Shown piece after piece: positions 61,987 through 64,000 of a DNA stretch of 64,000 nt. The translations under genes and the position numbers were made by a program. The stretch lies in assembly GCA_973851085.1 (NCBI GenBank), contig OZ316775.1, positions 17,298,001 through 17,362,000 on the forward strand. The letters run 5' to 3'. Every line of letters begins with the position of its first letter. Position 1 is the stretch's first letter. Under the pieces are notes generated by a model that was not told the origin of the DNA, searched no databases, and saw only the letters and a program-made list of their open reading frames with translations. The stretch comes from Ptychomitrium polyphyllum. Its lineage: Eukaryota.

Positions 61987-64000
61987 TTACGGAAAGAGTA
62001 ATGACAAGACAAGGCTTCAGGATTCCAGGATGTAGAATAAAATATGTCCAAAGTATATTAGAGGTAAAAAACTACAACAAGTTACAAAAGACGAGGCCAA
62101 AAGGTCTAAGTTAGACCACAAGAGATGCATTGTTGAGACTAAAGAGCTCTTTAGCCTCAATTCTTATATATACTAAAATTACAAGCTTTGGAAGCTTCTT
62201 GAGAAGCTTCACCTACATTGCTTTGCAAACAAACAAATTTGAATTACTTCTCTGGGAATTTTTTAAGCCGAGGTAAATTTCTCTGAAGCTTCTTAAGCCC
62301 AGGCAACTTCTTTGAAAGCTTCCTAAGTCAAGGCAACTTTCTTAAAAGCTTCCTAAATCCAAGATAACTTCCTTGGAAGCTTCTTATGTCAAGGCATCTT
62401 CTTTGGAAGCTTCCTAAATCTTCTAAGAATCTGTTTAAATGCTTCTTATATGTATGTCCCTAATATCACCTCCCCTTCTAGCTCTAAGGTCTTCAAGGAG
62501 CAACAAATGGTTAGAATTATAAAAAGTCAAAAAATTTATCGCATGGTATTTGCAACATACTCCAATTGCCTTTATCGATTCAAATGGTTCATGGATCCTT
62601 GTAACCACCAATAGTGTTTAACGCCTTCTACTTGGAACCAAGTATAAACATCTATGTCTTCGTTGTCAAAGCGTCTTTCAAAATTAGCTTCTAGATAACC
62701 ATCGTAAGCTAGTTCCACTTCAAAGACAATCACCAACAATTTATTGTTGGATATCCTCTGACGTCTTCTAGGTCCAATTTGGTCTTCATCACAAGATTGT
62801 CAACAAGAGCCACTTGGTTAAATTGATACCATTGGCATGGTATTTGCATCTTGGTTGTCCATATCTTATATATTGAGCTAATTTCGAAAAACTATGACAA
62901 ATTTCAAAATACAAACGATTAATTTCTATATTATGTTTGGGGCTTTGGAAATTTAAGATCAAAGAATTGCTTTCTCTTCTATTTAAAAGCCCAAGAATCA
63001 AGAGCCTTCAAAGTTACGTAGTCTTATCGAGTCATTGTTCCATCTACTGCTACTTTTTGTTTGGATGGATATTGTCGATGGAACTCACCAACATTTTTTT
63101 GTGAATTGACAAAATTGTTAGCTGGCTCCCATGTACATTCAGTGATGTCATAGCTGCGCCTAAGTACCAAGTATTCCAGCTTTCTAGGTCTTTTCTATCA
63201 ATCAAGCACTTCTTCCACTTCAAATTCATGATGATTGTCGATTTCAAGTACCACTTCTTCCACTTCAAATTCATGATGATTGTCAATTTCAAGTACAGAT
63301 GGTGGTAGCTGCCTTTGTCTAAGAATACTTGATTCCTTATAAGTTTCTAAAAATAAAGTGTAGAAGATGGGATGTACTTTTATTGCTATTAATAGTTTTA
63401 AACAATATGCCACGTGGTTGGCTTATTTTTCAATTGCAAATGGTCCCAATCTGTGATTGTCTAGCTTGTAACATGGCCTATTGGTCCTTATATTGCGTCA
63501 AAAGAGCCACACCGTCTCACAAACTTAGAATGGAGGTTATTCCTTCCTTGTTATATCTGTTGCTGTTTTGTATCGTTCTTGAGCTTTTTGTAATTGGGTC
63601 TTTATGCTTGTTTGAAGCTTTGCCATTCTTGTAGCAAATTCCTTTGCTCTTGGATTCTCAGATTGTAGAGGCTGTAACATATCCATCTTTCGATGATGTC
63701 CATTGTTGGAATAGAATGATATTTGTTGAGTGGAAGCATGAGTGGTATTGTTGTAGGCAAACTTAGCCAATGTCAAGTAGGAAGTCCAATCATCTTGTTG
63801 ATAGTTGATGGTACACCTCAAATATTTGCTCTAAAATTTGGTTAACTTGCTGTGTTTGACCATTTGTTTTATGAATGGAAGGCAGAAGAAAGTTTGGTGT
63901 CCTCCTTAAGGATTTCAAAGAGCAATTTCTAAACTCTTGATACAAATTGTGGTCCATGATCCGATATAATATTATCACATAATCTATAGTAGCAATAGAT
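61987..64000 (-). mobile_element. 3' end of a family-B chromovirus: integrase, chromodomain, 3' spacer, PPT (62466-62478), 3' LTR (61987-62465)
   Basis: QQDDWTSYLTLAKFAYNN, HPIFYTLFL, EFEVEEVLD; PPT gaaggggaggtga abuts the LTR start tattagggacataca; LTR homologous to 11359-11748 with extra 30-bp units. Confidence 0.92.

Overview
Eukaryotic nuclear DNA from a land plant, most likely a moss (Physcomitrium/Funariaceae-like; inferred from gene style, spliceosomal introns and Tcn1-type chromoviruses). A ~41 kb gene island (about 14-55 kb) lies between two blocks of decayed, nested LTR retrotransposons (1-12 kb and 60-64 kb) and AT-rich decayed DNA. Recognisable intron-containing genes are an OTU deubiquitinase, a GAT-type amino-acid/GABA transporter, a plant-type PEP carboxylase, a TAAC/EAAC-type plastid adenine-nucleotide carrier and SEC22. 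The island also holds an intronless chloroplast release factor 2 (PrfB1-like), an FkbM methyltransferase pseudogene and a diverged, 3'-truncated U6 snRNA copy. The most notable observations are: an uncharacterised spliced gene with repeated N-x-G..(Y)NI(I/L) motifs that may encode a sperm-flagellar microtubule inner protein; Tf1-like self-priming signatures in two chromovirus LTR families; a U12-type intron in SEC22; a PEPC with altered regulatory motifs; and a protein-like extra frame between pol and the PPT of one retroelement. All calls were read by eye and no database searches were run.
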